Source: a phage
DNA: 64,000 nucleotides
Reading direction: 5' to 3' (one strand)
Sequence record: PZ452578.1
Both the position numbers and the translations under genes were made by a program. This document shows, piece after piece, positions 49,363 through 60,824 of this stretch (the first letter of the stretch is position 1; every line of letters begins with the position of its first letter). The notes beneath the pieces are model-generated. The model was not told the origin of the DNA and ran no database searches. It worked only from the letters and a program-made list of their open reading frames with translations.

Positions 49363-50187
49363 TTAGATATTTGACCAGACTTTGTTTGCAGAGAAACGTT
49401 TTCCTTTTGAAACGAACTGCTGAAGTGGCATCAACACAACGTTCGCCCAGTCTTTCGGGGCGATTTCAACAAGGCTACCCATAATATTACCAGGTATATA
49501 TGCCTTAATCATTTGGTCTGCACCCCTAAATCCTTTCACTTGACTCCAATCAATTTTTAATTTCGTTTTATTAGTAATAGTAGGTGTATTTGCATATTGC
49601 TTTAAAAGCTCTTCTAGGAATTGCTGACGAGCTTTAGGTGGAATATAGTGCAAGTTTAATCCGTACATTAAATTATGCTTACCTAAACCAAGATAAATTA
49701 TTAAAGGAAATTTATCCCAGTAAGGAAGAGTTTCCTTGTGTTTAGCATCATAAGCAAAAGCATATATTCGTCCCGGCTGCGGGCGAACAACTTTATGTCC
49801 TTTTACTTGCTTAATAGTTTCAGCAAACCACTTTCTAGTTTTATTATTAATTGCTGCACCTTCATTACGAATTTTATCACGCAATGTTTGTCTGAATGAA
49901 TTTATCATAAGCAGTTGTCTTTCTTGCTTATTGAGTTTATTCATTGGTTTTGATTCAAGCTTTTGAATCTTTTCGGCTGTTTTAATTCCTGAAGCATATT
50001 TTGACATTGCCGAAGTAAACGTAGAATATTTAATTCCTCTTTCTTCAGCAAATTGCTTTCCTGTCATTCCTTTTGCTTTGGCCTTTTTGTATTCAAGACC
50101 TATCTGAATCCATTTCTTTTCGTTTAATGATTGCTTAACCTTTGGAACTTGGGGAGTGCTTTCATTAATTATTTGAAAAATAGCCAT
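49363..50187 (-). CDS. 2: DNA end-protector protein gp2
   Basis: 274-aa ORF; size and position as in T4. Confidence 0.85.
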
Positions 50188-50639
50188 TATGCCCCCTTAA
50201 AGCCAAGAGCTCGTAATCCATCTTCTGTTAGAATTCTAAATTTTATTCCACGCTTTTCAGCTAAAGATTGCGCTGCTTTCCATTTGTCAGTGTTCACAGA
50301 CCAGGTATAAATTTCATTCATAAATCTTTTCTTCGCTGCGGTTGTTAGATGTGCTGGTTTAACTGGTGGTTGTGTTTCTTTTTTAGGTTTTATTTCAATA
50401 AAAAATTCTTGTCCAGAAGAATCTTTCATCCAAATATCCATGAAGTATCTACGTTTTTTCCCTTCGGCATTACAAAAATAAGGAATTACTGCTGTTTCAC
50501 TACCCCATGCAATAATTTCTGGATTTTTATCTAACCATTCAAAAAAGAATTTTTCCCAATTTGATCTATACGTAATTTTTTTAGGGTCACCTCTATACTT
50601 TGATATATTTTTAGGAACCCATTTTCCAGAATATGCCAT
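50187..50639 (-). CDS. 4: head completion protein gp4
   Basis: 150-aa ORF; divergent from gene 53 across late promoters. Confidence 0.85.
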
Positions 50640-50650
50640 TGGATTCTCCT

Positions 50651-50658
50651 TATAAATA
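50651..50658 (+). promoter_or_regulatory. late promoter (TATAAATA) for gene 53
   Basis: TATAAATA about 30 nt upstream of the gene 53 ATG, with SD AGGAGG. Confidence 0.6.
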
Positions 50659-50665
50659 GATAATA

Positions 50666-50673
50666 TATTTATA
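50666..50673 (-). promoter_or_regulatory. late promoter (TATAAATA) for gene 4
   Basis: Minus-strand TATAAATA about 27 nt upstream of the gene 4 ATG; divergent from the gene 53 promoter. Confidence 0.55.
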
Positions 50674-50686
50674 AACAGGAGGGCCC

Positions 50687-51277
50687 ATGCTCTTTACATT
50701 TTTTGATCCGATTGAATATGCGGCCAAAACGGTGAATAAAAACGCGCCGACTATTCCTATGACAGATATTTTTAGAAACTATAAAGACTATTTTAAACGC
50801 GCTCTTGCGGGATACCGCTTACGTACTTATTATATCAAAGGTTCACCCCGCCCAGAAGAATTAGCAAATACTATATATGGAAATCCGCAGTTGTATTGGG
50901 TTTTATTGATGTGTAATGATAATTATGATCCATATTATGGATGGATTACTTCACAAGAAGCTGCTTATCAAGCATCTATACAAAAATACAAAAATGTAGG
51001 TGGAGACCAAATAGTATATCACGTGAATGAGAACGGTGAAAAATTTTATAATTTAATATCATACGATGATAATCCATATGTTTGGTATGATAAAGGCGAT
51101 AAAGCTAGAAAATACCCCCAATATGAAGGAGCACTTGCTGCGGTCGATACGTATGAAGCGGCTGTTCTTGAAAATGAAAAACTTCGTCAAATAAAAATAA
51201 TAGCAAAATCAGACATCAATTCATTTATGAACGACCTTATACGTATAATGGAGAAATCTTATGGAAATGATAAGTAA
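50687..51277 (+). CDS. 53: baseplate wedge protein gp53
   Basis: 196-aa ORF; size and position as in T4. Confidence 0.9.
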   Translation: MLFTFFDPIEYAAKTVNKNAPTIPMTDIFRNYKDYFKRALAGYRLRTYYIKGSPRPEELANTIYGNPQLYWVLLMCNDNYDPYYGWITSQEAAYQASIQKYKNVGGDQIVYHVNENGEKFYNLISYDDNPYVWYDKGDKARKYPQYEGALAAVDTYEAAVLENEKLRQIKIIAKSDINSFMNDLIRIMEKSYGNDK

Positions 51278-52988
51278 TAACCTTAATTGGTTTGTTGGTG
51301 TTGTTGAAGATAGAATGGACCCATTAAAATTAGGTCGTGTTCGTGTTCGTGTGGTTGGTCTGCATCCACCTCAAAGAGCACAAGGTGATGTAATGGGTAT
51401 TCCAACTGAAAAATTACCATGGATGTCAGTTATTCAACCTATAACTTCTGCAGCAATGTCTGGAATTGGAGGTTCTGTTACTGGACCGGTAGAAGGAACT
51501 AGAGTTTATGGTCATTTTTTAGACAAATGGAAAACTAACGGAATTGTCCTTGGCACGTATGGCGGAATAGTTCGCGAAAAACCGAATAGACTTGAAGGAT
51601 TTTCTGACCCAACTGGGCAATATCCTAGACGTTTAGGAAATGATACTAACGTACTAAACCAAGGCGGAGAAGTAGGATATGATTCCTCTTCTAACGTTAT
51701 TCAAGATAGTAACTTAGACACTGCAATAAATCCCGATGATAGACCACTATCAGAGATTCCAACCGATGATAATCCAAATATGTCAATGACTGAAATGCTT
51801 CGCCGTGATGAAGGATTAAGACTAAAAGTTTATTGGGATACCGAAGGATATCCGACAATTGGTATTGGTCATCTTATCATGAAGCAGCCAGTTCGTGATA
51901 TGGCTCAAATTAATAAAGTTTTATCAAAACAAGTTGGTCGTGAAATTACAGGAAATCCAGGTTCTATTACAATGGAAGAGGCGACGACTTTATTTGAGCG
52001 TGATTTGGCTGATATGCAACGTGACATTAAATCGCATTCTAAAGTAGGACCAGTCTGGCAAGCTGTTAACCGTTCTCGTCAAATGGCATTAGAAAATATG
52101 GCATTTCAGATGGGTGTTGGTGGTGTAGCTAAATTTAACACAATGTTAACTGCTATGTTAGCAGGAGATTGGGAAAAAGCGTATAAAGCCGGTCGTGATT
52201 CATTATGGTATCAACAAACAAAAGGCCGTGCATCCCGTGTTACCATGATTATTCTTACGGGAAATTTAGAATCATATGGCGTTGAAGTGAAAACCCCAGC
52301 TAGGTCTCTATCAGCAATGGCTGCTACTGTAGCTAAATCTTCTGACCCTGCTGACCCTCCTATTCCAAATGACTCGAGAATTTTATTCAAAGAACCAGTT
52401 TCTTCATATAAAGGTGAATATCCTTATGTGCATACAATGGAAACTGAAAGTGGACATATTCAGGAATTTGATGATACCCCTGGGCAAGAACGATACAGAT
52501 TAGTTCATCCAACTGGAACTTATGAAGAAGTATCACCGTCAGGAAGAAGAACAAGAAAAACTGTTGATAATTTGTATGATATAACCAACGCTGATGGTAA
52601 TTTTTTGGTAGCCGGTGATAAAAAGACTAACGTCGGTGGATCAGAAATTTATTACAACATGGATAATCGTCTTCACCAGATAGATGGAAGCAATACAATA
52701 TTTGTACGTGGCGACGAAACGAAAACTGTTGAAGGTAATGGAACTATCCTAGTTAAAGGTAATGTTACTATTGTAGTTGAAGGCAATGCTGACATTACAG
52801 TTAAAGGAGATGCTACCACTTTAGTTGAAGGAAATCAAACTAATACAGTAAATGGAAATCTTTCTTGGAAAGTTGCTGGGACAGTTGATTGGGACGTTGG
52901 TGGTGATTGGACAGAAAAAATGGCATCTATGAGTTCTATTTCATCTGGTCAATACACAATTGATGGATCGAGGATTGACATTGGCTAA
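51261..52988 (+). CDS. 5: baseplate central spike / tail lysozyme gp5
   Basis: 575 aa; central lysozyme domain (MTEMLRRDEGLRLKVYWDTEGYPTIGIGHLI) and C-terminal VxGxxxV beta-helix repeats. Confidence 0.95.
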   Translation: MEMISNNLNWFVGVVEDRMDPLKLGRVRVRVVGLHPPQRAQGDVMGIPTEKLPWMSVIQPITSAAMSGIGGSVTGPVEGTRVYGHFLDKWKTNGIVLGTYGGIVREKPNRLEGFSDPTGQYPRRLGNDTNVLNQGGEVGYDSSSNVIQDSNLDTAINPDDRPLSEIPTDDNPNMSMTEMLRRDEGLRLKVYWDTEGYPTIGIGHLIMKQPVRDMAQINKVLSKQVGREITGNPGSITMEEATTLFERDLADMQRDIKSHSKVGPVWQAVNRSRQMALENMAFQMGVGGVAKFNTMLTAMLAGDWEKAYKAGRDSLWYQQTKGRASRVTMIILTGNLESYGVEVKTPARSLSAMAATVAKSSDPADPPIPNDSRILFKEPVSSYKGEYPYVHTMETESGHIQEFDDTPGQERYRLVHPTGTYEEVSPSGRRTRKTVDNLYDITNADGNFLVAGDKKTNVGGSEIYYNMDNRLHQIDGSNTIFVRGDETKTVEGNGTILVKGNVTIVVEGNADITVKGDATTLVEGNQTNTVNGNLSWKVAGTVDWDVGGDWTEKMASMSSISSGQYTIDGSRIDIG

Positions 52989-52998
52989 TATACTTCCA

Positions 52999-53517
52999 AT
53001 GAGCGCTGATTTAGGAGAATCCATGGAAGGTTCTTCTATCGACGTCACCTTTACCGCTCAATTAGAAACGGGTGAAACGTTAGTATCTATAAATATAACT
53101 AGTTACGAAGAAACTCCTGGGGTTTTAGTAGAAGAAAATCGCTTATATGGAACATATGAATCTGTATTTGGTTTCGGAAATGACGCGTTGAAATATCGTT
53201 TAGGCGATGAATTTAAAACTGCTGCTTCATGGGAAGAACTTCCTACTGATTCTGATACTCAGTTGTATTTGTGGAAAGCTCCTCAAAATCTCCAGAAGAC
53301 ATTCACTTACGAAGTAACATTAATATATGACTACCAAGAACAAAGTGAATCTGGGGGTTCTGGCAGTAATTCTAGGTCATCTTCTGATACTACTGAACCG
53401 ACGGATCCTCCTGCTCCAGTAAGAAAAACTCTCGTTAAAAATTATACTAAAACTATAGTTGGAAATTGGAGTCGTTGGGCTAATAAATTGAGAAGCTATG
53501 TGTATGAGAGGCCATAA
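52999..53517 (+). CDS. hypothetical protein 5.1
   Basis: Acidic ORF between genes 5 and 5.4; start set at the first ATG after the gene 5 stop. Confidence 0.6.
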
Positions 53518-53811
53518 ATGTCAGGATTAAGTTATGATAAGTGTGTTACTGCTGGCCATGAAGCGTGGCCTCCAACAGTTGTGAATGCTACACAAAGTAA
53601 AGTATTCACTGGAGGAATTGCTGTTCTAGTAGCAGGCGATCCAATTACAGAACATACAGAAATTAAAAAGCCATATGAAACACATGGCGGAGTGACACAA
53701 CCCAGAACTTCTAAGGTATATGTCACTGGAAAGAAAGCTGTTCAAATGGCTGATCCAATATCATGCGGTGATACTGTGGCTCAGGCATCATCTAAAGTAT
53801 TCATTAAATAG
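53518..53811 (+). CDS. 5.4: PAAR-repeat spike tip protein gp5.4
   Basis: 97 aa; size and position (between 5 and 6) as in T4. Confidence 0.8.
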
Positions 53812-53819
53812 GATTTAAA

Positions 53820-55802
53820 ATGGCAAATACCCCTGTAAATTATCAATTAACAAGAACAGCAAATGCTATTCCCGAGATATTCGTCGGGGGTACATTTGCT
53901 GAAATAAAACAAAACCTCATTGAATGGCTTAATGGCCAAAATGAATTTTTGGATTATGATTTTGAAGGCTCAAGATTAAACGTTCTGTGTGACCTTTTGG
54001 CTTATAATACGCTGTACATTCAACAGTTTGGTAATGCTGCTGTGTATGAAAGCTTTATGCGTACTGCTAACTTACGAAGTTCAGTTGTTCAAGCTGCACA
54101 AGATAACGGATATTTACCTACTTCAAAATCCGCTGCACAGACCGAAATTATGTTAACGTGTACAGACGCATTGAATAGAAATTACATTACTATTCCTCGT
54201 GGTACTCGCTTTTTAGCATATGCAAAAGATACTTCTGTTAATCCATATAACTTCGTTTCTACCGAAGACGTTATTGCTATTCGTGATAAAAATAACCAAT
54301 ATTTTCCACGTTTAAAACTTGCTCAAGGACGTATCGTAAGAACTGAAATCATTTATGATAAATTGACACCTATTATCATTTATGATAAAAATATTGATAG
54401 AAACCAGGTTAAATTATACGTTGATGGAGCGGAATGGATTAACTGGACAAGAAAGTCAATGGTTCATGCTGGTTCTACATCAACAATTTACTACATGCGT
54501 GAAACTATTGATGGAAACACTGAATTCTATTTTGGCGAAGGTGAAATTTCTGTTAATGCGGCAGAAGGAGCTCTAACTGCTAACTATATTGGAGGTCTTA
54601 AACCTACCCAGAACTCTACTATTGTTATTGAGTACATCAGTACTAACGGCGCAGATGCGAACGGCGCAGTCGGATTTTCATATGCAGATACATTGACAAA
54701 TATAACTGTCATCAATATTAATGAAAATCCAAACGATGACCCAGATTTTGTTGGTGCTGATGGTGGTGGTGATCCAGAAGATATTGAACGTATTCGTGAA
54801 TTGGGTACTATTAAGCGTGAAACTCAGCAGCGATGTGTAACTGCGACAGATTATGATACATTTGTCTCAGAAAGATTTGGTTCTATTATTCAAGCCGTTC
54901 AGACTTTCACTGATTCTACTAAACCTGGTTATGCATTTATTGCTGCTAAACCTAAATCAGGATTGTATTTAACTACTGTGCAGCGTGAAGATATTAAAAA
55001 TTATCTCAAAGATTATAATTTAGCACCTATTACACCATCAATTATTTCTCCTAATTATCTTTTCATTAAGACTAATTTAAAAGTCACATATGCTTTAAAT
55101 AAACTGCAAGAATCCGAGCAGTGGCTTGAAGGTCAAATAATTGATAAAATTGACCGCTATTATACCGAAGATGTAGAAATTTTTAACTCATCTTTCGCTA
55201 AGTCTAAGATGTTAACTTATGTAGATGATGCAGATCATTCTATCATTGGTTCATCAGCGACTATTCAAATGGTTCGTGAAGTACAAAACTTCTATAAAAC
55301 TCCTGAAGCTGGTATTAAATACAATAATCAAATAAAAGACCGTTCTATGGAATCTAATACGTTTTCATTTAATTCTGGACGAAAGGTTGTAAATCCTGAT
55401 ACTGGTTTAGAAGAAGATGTATTATATGACGTTCGTATAGTATCAACAGACCGAGATTCTAAAGGAATTGGCAAAGTTATTATTGGTCCATTTGCTTCTG
55501 GCGATGTTACAGAAAATGAAAACATTCAACCATATACAGGCAATGATTTTAATAAATTGGCAAGTTCCGATGGACGTGACAAATACTATGTTATCGGTGA
55601 AATAAATTATCCAGCTGACATGATTTATTGGAATATCGCTAAAATTAATTTAACATCCGATAAATTTGAGGTTCAGACTATTGAGTTATATTCTGATCCA
55701 ATAGACGATGTTATTTTCACACGCGATGGTTCACTGATTGTATTTGAAAATGATTTACGTCCACAATACTTAACTATCGATTTGGAGCCTATATCACAAT
55801 GA
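53820..55802 (+). CDS. 6: baseplate wedge protein gp6
   Basis: 660-aa ORF. Confidence 0.93.
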   Translation: MANTPVNYQLTRTANAIPEIFVGGTFAEIKQNLIEWLNGQNEFLDYDFEGSRLNVLCDLLAYNTLYIQQFGNAAVYESFMRTANLRSSVVQAAQDNGYLPTSKSAAQTEIMLTCTDALNRNYITIPRGTRFLAYAKDTSVNPYNFVSTEDVIAIRDKNNQYFPRLKLAQGRIVRTEIIYDKLTPIIIYDKNIDRNQVKLYVDGAEWINWTRKSMVHAGSTSTIYYMRETIDGNTEFYFGEGEISVNAAEGALTANYIGGLKPTQNSTIVIEYISTNGADANGAVGFSYADTLTNITVININENPNDDPDFVGADGGGDPEDIERIRELGTIKRETQQRCVTATDYDTFVSERFGSIIQAVQTFTDSTKPGYAFIAAKPKSGLYLTTVQREDIKNYLKDYNLAPITPSIISPNYLFIKTNLKVTYALNKLQESEQWLEGQIIDKIDRYYTEDVEIFNSSFAKSKMLTYVDDADHSIIGSSATIQMVREVQNFYKTPEAGIKYNNQIKDRSMESNTFSFNSGRKVVNPDTGLEEDVLYDVRIVSTDRDSKGIGKVIIGPFASGDVTENENIQPYTGNDFNKLASSDGRDKYYVIGEINYPADMIYWNIAKINLTSDKFEVQTIELYSDPIDDVIFTRDGSLIVFENDLRPQYLTIDLEPISQ

Positions 55803-58800
55803 CAGTAAAAGCACCTTCAGTCACTAGTCTCAGAATTTCCAAGTTATCCGCAAATCAGGTGCAAGTACGCTGGGATGACGTTGGTGCTAATTTCTACTAT
55901 TTTGTAGAAATCGCTGAGACAAAAACAAACTCGGGAGAAAATCTCCCGAGCAATCAATACAGATGGATTAACTTAGGATATACTGCAAATAACAGCTTCT
56001 TTTTTGATAATGCTAATCCATTAACATCGTACATTATTAGAGTAGCTACAGCTGCGCAGGATTTTGAGCAGTCTGATTGGATTTATACTGAAGAGTTTGA
56101 AACTTTTGCTACAAACGCTTATACATTTCAAAACATGATTGAAATGCAATTAGCTAATAAATTCATTCAGGAAAAATTTACTCTTAATAATTCTGACTAT
56201 GTCAATTTTAACAATGACACTATAATGGCTGCATTGATGAATGAATCGTTTCAATTCAGCCCATCATATGTTGATGTTTCATCAATAAGTAATTTTATTA
56301 TTGGTGAAAATGAGTATCATGAAATACAAGGTTCTATTCAGCAAGTATGTAAGGATATTAACCGCGTTTATTTGATGGAATCAGAAGGGATTCTATATCT
56401 TTTTGAGCGCTATCAACCCGTAGTTAAAGTATCTAATGATAAAGGACAAACCTGGAAAGCTGTAAAGCTCTTCAATGACCGCGTAGGATATCCTTTATCT
56501 AAGACTGTATATTACCAATCTGCAAACACAACATACGTTCTAGGATACGACAAGATTTTCTATGGCCGCAAATCTACTGATGTTAGATGGTCAGCTGATG
56601 ATGTCAGATTTAGTTCGCAGGATATAACATTTGCTAAACTTGGCGACCAATTACATCTAGGATTTGATGTAGAAATTTTTGCCACTTACGCGACTTTGCC
56701 AGCTAATGTATACCGCATTGCAGAAGCTATTACTTGCACCGATGATTACATTTACGTTGTCGCCAGAGACAAAGTTAGATACATAAAAACGAGTAATGCA
56801 CCTATAGATTCTGATCCATTATCTCCAACATATTCGGAAAGACTTTTTGAACCTGATACAATGACTATAACTGGAAATCCTAAAGCAGTATGCTATAAAA
56901 TGGATTCTATCGGTGATAAAGTTTTTGCTCTTATTATTGGTGAAGTTGAAACATTAAATGCCAATCCGAGAACTTCAAAAATAATTGATTCTGCCGATAA
57001 AGGAATATATGTTTTAAATCATGCCACGAAAACATGGAAAAGAGTTTTTGGCAACACTGAAGAAGAAAGAAGACGTATTCAACCTGGATATGCGAATATG
57101 TCAACTGACGGTAAATTAGTTTCTCTATCTTCGAGTAATTTTAAATTTTTAAGTGATAACATTGTTAATGACCCTGAAACTGCAGCGAAATATCAGTTAA
57201 TTGGTGCTGTTAAATATGAATTTCCTCGTGAATGGCTAGCTGATAAGCATTATCATATGATGGCATTTATAGCAGATGAAAAATCTGATTGGGAAACTTT
57301 TACGCCTCAGCCGATGAAATACTATGCAGAACCATTCTTTAACTGGTCTAAAAAATCTAACACACGCTGTTGGATAAACAACTCTGACAGAGCTGTAGTA
57401 GTTTATGCTGATTTAAAATACACCAAAGTTATAGAAAATATTCCGGAAACATCACCAGATAGATTAGTTCATGAATACTGGGATGATGGTGATTGTACGA
57501 TAGTAATGCCAAATGTTAAATTCACGGGATTTAAAAAATACGCGTCTGGGATGCTTTTTTATAAGTCTTCTGGTGAAATAATTTCTTACTATGATTTTAA
57601 CTATCGAGTGAGAGACACAGTTGAAATAATTTGGAAGCCAACTGGAATATTTTTAAAAGCATTTTTACAAAACCAAGAGCGTGAAACTCCTTGGTCCCCG
57701 GAAGAAGAGCATGGATTAGCTGATCCTGATTTAAGACCATTGATTGGCACAATGATGCCTGATTCTTATTTGCTACAGGATTCTAATTTTGAGGCATTCT
57801 GCGAAGCATATATTCAGTATCTTTCCGATGGATATGGAACTCAGTATAATAATTTACGAAATTTAATTCGTAATCAATATCCGCGAGAAGAGCACGCGTG
57901 GGAATATTTGTGGTCAGAGATATATAAAAGAAACATTTATTTAAATGCTGATAAACGTGATGCTGTTGCAAGATTTTTTGAATCACGTAGCTATGATTTT
58001 TATTCTACTAAAGGAATTGAAGCATCATACAAATTTCTTTTTAAAGTTCTTTATAATGAAGAAGTTGAAATTGAAATTGAATCTGGGGCTGGTACTGAAT
58101 ATGATATAATCGTTCAATCTGATTCTTTGACCGAAGACTTAGTAGGACAAACGATTTATACAGCTACAGGAAGATGTAATGTTACTTATATAGAAAGAAG
58201 CTATTCTAATGGTAAATTGCAATGGACCGTAACTATTCATAATCTTTTGGGAAGATTAATTGCCGGTCAAGAAGTTAAAGCAGAAAGACTCCCTAGTTTC
58301 GAAGGCGAAATTATTCGCGGGGTTAAAGGAAAGGATTTGCTTCAAAATAATATAGACTATATTAATAGAAGTAGATCATATTATGTAATGAAAATTAAAT
58401 CCAATTTACCTTCTTCCCGCTGGAAATCTGACGTTATTCGTTTTGTTCATCCAGTAGGATTTGGATTTATAGCAATTACCCTTTTAACAATGTTTATTAA
58501 TGTTGGTTTAACTCTTAAACATACAGAGACTATAATTAATAAATACAAAAACTATAAATGGGATTCTGGATTGCCTACTGAATATGCTGATAGAGTAGCC
58601 AAATTGACTCCAACCGGTGAAATTGAGCATGATTCAGTAACAGGCGAAGCAATTTATGAACCTGGCCCAATGGCTGGTGTAGAATATCCTCTTCCTGATG
58701 ACTATAATGCTGAAAATAATAATTCAATATTTCAAGGTCAATTGCCATCTGAACGACGTAAATTAATGAGTCCTCTATTTGATGCATCTGGAACAACATT

Positions 58801-58897
58801 TGCACAATTTAGGGATTTAGTTAATAAACGTCTAAAAGATAATATAGGAAATCCAAGAGACCCTGAAAATCCAACACAGGTTAAAATAGATGAATGA
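55799..58897 (+). CDS. 7: baseplate wedge protein gp7
   Basis: 1032-aa ORF. Confidence 0.93.
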   Translation: MTVKAPSVTSLRISKLSANQVQVRWDDVGANFYYFVEIAETKTNSGENLPSNQYRWINLGYTANNSFFFDNANPLTSYIIRVATAAQDFEQSDWIYTEEFETFATNAYTFQNMIEMQLANKFIQEKFTLNNSDYVNFNNDTIMAALMNESFQFSPSYVDVSSISNFIIGENEYHEIQGSIQQVCKDINRVYLMESEGILYLFERYQPVVKVSNDKGQTWKAVKLFNDRVGYPLSKTVYYQSANTTYVLGYDKIFYGRKSTDVRWSADDVRFSSQDITFAKLGDQLHLGFDVEIFATYATLPANVYRIAEAITCTDDYIYVVARDKVRYIKTSNAPIDSDPLSPTYSERLFEPDTMTITGNPKAVCYKMDSIGDKVFALIIGEVETLNANPRTSKIIDSADKGIYVLNHATKTWKRVFGNTEEERRRIQPGYANMSTDGKLVSLSSSNFKFLSDNIVNDPETAAKYQLIGAVKYEFPREWLADKHYHMMAFIADEKSDWETFTPQPMKYYAEPFFNWSKKSNTRCWINNSDRAVVVYADLKYTKVIENIPETSPDRLVHEYWDDGDCTIVMPNVKFTGFKKYASGMLFYKSSGEIISYYDFNYRVRDTVEIIWKPTGIFLKAFLQNQERETPWSPEEEHGLADPDLRPLIGTMMPDSYLLQDSNFEAFCEAYIQYLSDGYGTQYNNLRNLIRNQYPREEHAWEYLWSEIYKRNIYLNADKRDAVARFFESRSYDFYSTKGIEASYKFLFKVLYNEEVEIEIESGAGTEYDIIVQSDSLTEDLVGQTIYTATGRCNVTYIERSYSNGKLQWTVTIHNLLGRLIAGQEVKAERLPSFEGEIIRGVKGKDLLQNNIDYINRSRSYYVMKIKSNLPSSRWKSDVIRFVHPVGFGFIAITLLTMFINVGLTLKHTETIINKYKNYKWDSGLPTEYADRVAKLTPTGEIEHDSVTGEAIYEPGPMAGVEYPLPDDYNAENNNSIFQGQLPSERRKLMSPLFDASGTTFAQFRDLVNKRLKDNIGNPRDPENPTQVKIDE

Positions 58898-59894
58898 TTC
58901 AAGTGTTATCTATCGTGCGATAGTTACTTCAAAATTTAGAACAGAAAAAATGTTGAATTTTTATAATTCAATTGGAAGTGGTCCGGATAAAAACACTATC
59001 TTTATTACATTTGGAAGATCAGAACCGTGGTCATCAAACGAAAATGAGGTGGGATTTGCCCCACCTTATCCCACCGATTCTGTGTTAGGTGTAACTGACA
59101 TGTGGACTCATATGATGGGAACAGTGAAGGTTCTTCCATCTATGCTTGATGCAGTTATTCCTCGTCGAGATTGGGGAGATACTAGATATCCGGATCCATA
59201 CACATTTAGAATTAACGATATTGTAGTGTGTAACTCAGCTCCTTACAACGCTACCGAATCAGGCGCAGGCTGGTTAGTATATCGTTGTTTAGATGTTCCT
59301 GATACTGGAATGTGCTCAATTGAGTCTTTAACTAATAAGGATGAATGCCTTAAGCTAGGTGGAAAATGGACTCCTTCTGTTAGGTCAATGACTCCTCCTG
59401 AAGGTCGAGGAGACGCGGAAGGAACAATCGAACCTGGAGACGGGTATGTATGGGAATATCTATTTGAGATTCCGCCTGATGTATCTATAAATAGATGTAC
59501 GAATGAATATATCGTAGTTCCTTGGCCTGAGGAATTAAAAGAAGACCCGACTAGATGGGGGTATGAAGATAATCTCACTTGGCAGCAAGATGATTTTGGA
59601 TTAATTTACCGGGTTAAGGCAAATACTATTCGTTTTAAAGCATACTTAGATTCAGTTTATTTTCCTGAAGCTGCATTGCCAGGAAATAAAGGATTTAGAC
59701 AAATATCGATAATCACGAATCCTCTTGAAGCTAAAGTTCATCCAAATGACCCAAACGTTAAAGCTGAAAAGGATTACTATGATCCGGAAGATTTAATGAG
59801 GCATTCGGGCGAAATGATTTATATGGAAAATAGGCCACCTATTATTATGGCAATGGATCAAACAGAAGAAATCAATATTCTGTTTACATTTTAA
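58890..59894 (+). CDS. 8: baseplate wedge protein gp8
   Basis: 334-aa ORF. Confidence 0.93.
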   Translation: MNDSSVIYRAIVTSKFRTEKMLNFYNSIGSGPDKNTIFITFGRSEPWSSNENEVGFAPPYPTDSVLGVTDMWTHMMGTVKVLPSMLDAVIPRRDWGDTRYPDPYTFRINDIVVCNSAPYNATESGAGWLVYRCLDVPDTGMCSIESLTNKDECLKLGGKWTPSVRSMTPPEGRGDAEGTIEPGDGYVWEYLFEIPPDVSINRCTNEYIVVPWPEELKEDPTRWGYEDNLTWQQDDFGLIYRVKANTIRFKAYLDSVYFPEAALPGNKGFRQISIITNPLEAKVHPNDPNVKAEKDYYDPEDLMRHSGEMIYMENRPPIIMAMDQTEEINILFTF

Positions 59895-59899
59895 ATTAA

Positions 59900-59917
59900 G
59901 GGAGCCCATGGGCTCCC
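59900..59917 (+). terminator. intrinsic terminator after gene 8
   Basis: GGGAGCC-CAUG-GGCUCCC followed by UUUUUC on the plus strand. Confidence 0.6.
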
Positions 59918-59925
59918 TTTTTCTT

Positions 59926-59933
59926 TATAAATA
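59926..59933 (+). promoter_or_regulatory. late promoter (TATAAATA) for gene 9
   Basis: TATAAATA about 25 nt upstream of the gene 9 ATG. Confidence 0.6.
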
Positions 59934-59957
59934 CTATAAACTCATAAGGAAACCGCT

Positions 59958-60824
59958 ATGTTCATTCAAGAACCAAAGAAATTGATTGATACCGGCGAAA
60001 TTGGTAACGCTTCTACTGGTGATATCTTATTCGACGGTGGTAATAAAATTAATAGTGATTTTAACGCAATTTATAATGCGTTTGGCGATCAGCGTAAAAT
60101 GGCAGTAGCAAATGGTACTGGTGCTGACGGCCAAATTATCCATGCTACTGGATATTATCAAAAGCATTCTATCACAGAGTACGCAACTCCGGTGAAAGTT
60201 GGTACTAGGCATGATATTGATACCTCTACTGTTGGTGTTAAAGTTATCATTGAAAGAGGAGAACTCGGTGACTGTGTTGAATTCATTAATTCTAATGGAT
60301 CGATATCAGTTACTAATCCTTTAACAATTCAAGCTATTGATTCAATTAAAGGTGTTTCGGGTAATTTGGTAGTAACTAGCCCATATAGTAAAGTAACTTT
60401 GCGCTGTATTTCATCTGATAATTCTACGTCAGTTTGGAATTATTCTATTGAAAGTATGTTTGGCCAAAAGGAATCACCGGCCGAAGGTACATGGAATATT
60501 TCTACATCTGGATCAGTTGACATTCCATTATTTCATCGTACTGAATACAATATGGCTAAATTGCTAGTTACTTGTCAATCGGTAGATGGAAGAAAAATTA
60601 AAACGGCAGAAATAAATATTCTTGTAGATACTGTTAATTCAACGGTCATTTCTTCTGAATATGCTGTCATGCGGGTTGGGAATGAAACTGAAGAAGACGA
60701 AATCGCTAATATTGCATTTAGTATTAAAGAAAATTATGTAACGGCGACTATAAGTTCTTCAACTGTCGGTATGAGAGCAGCAGTTAAAGTTATCGCTACG
60801 CAGAAAATCGGGGTGGCTCAATAA
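59958..60824 (+). CDS. 9: baseplate wedge / long tail fibre socket protein gp9
   Basis: 288-aa ORF. Confidence 0.93.
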   Translation: MFIQEPKKLIDTGEIGNASTGDILFDGGNKINSDFNAIYNAFGDQRKMAVANGTGADGQIIHATGYYQKHSITEYATPVKVGTRHDIDTSTVGVKVIIERGELGDCVEFINSNGSISVTNPLTIQAIDSIKGVSGNLVVTSPYSKVTLRCISSDNSTSVWNYSIESMFGQKESPAEGTWNISTSGSVDIPLFHRTEYNMAKLLVTCQSVDGRKIKTAEINILVDTVNSTVISSEYAVMRVGNETEEDEIANIAFSIKENYVTATISSSTVGMRAAVKVIATQKIGVAQ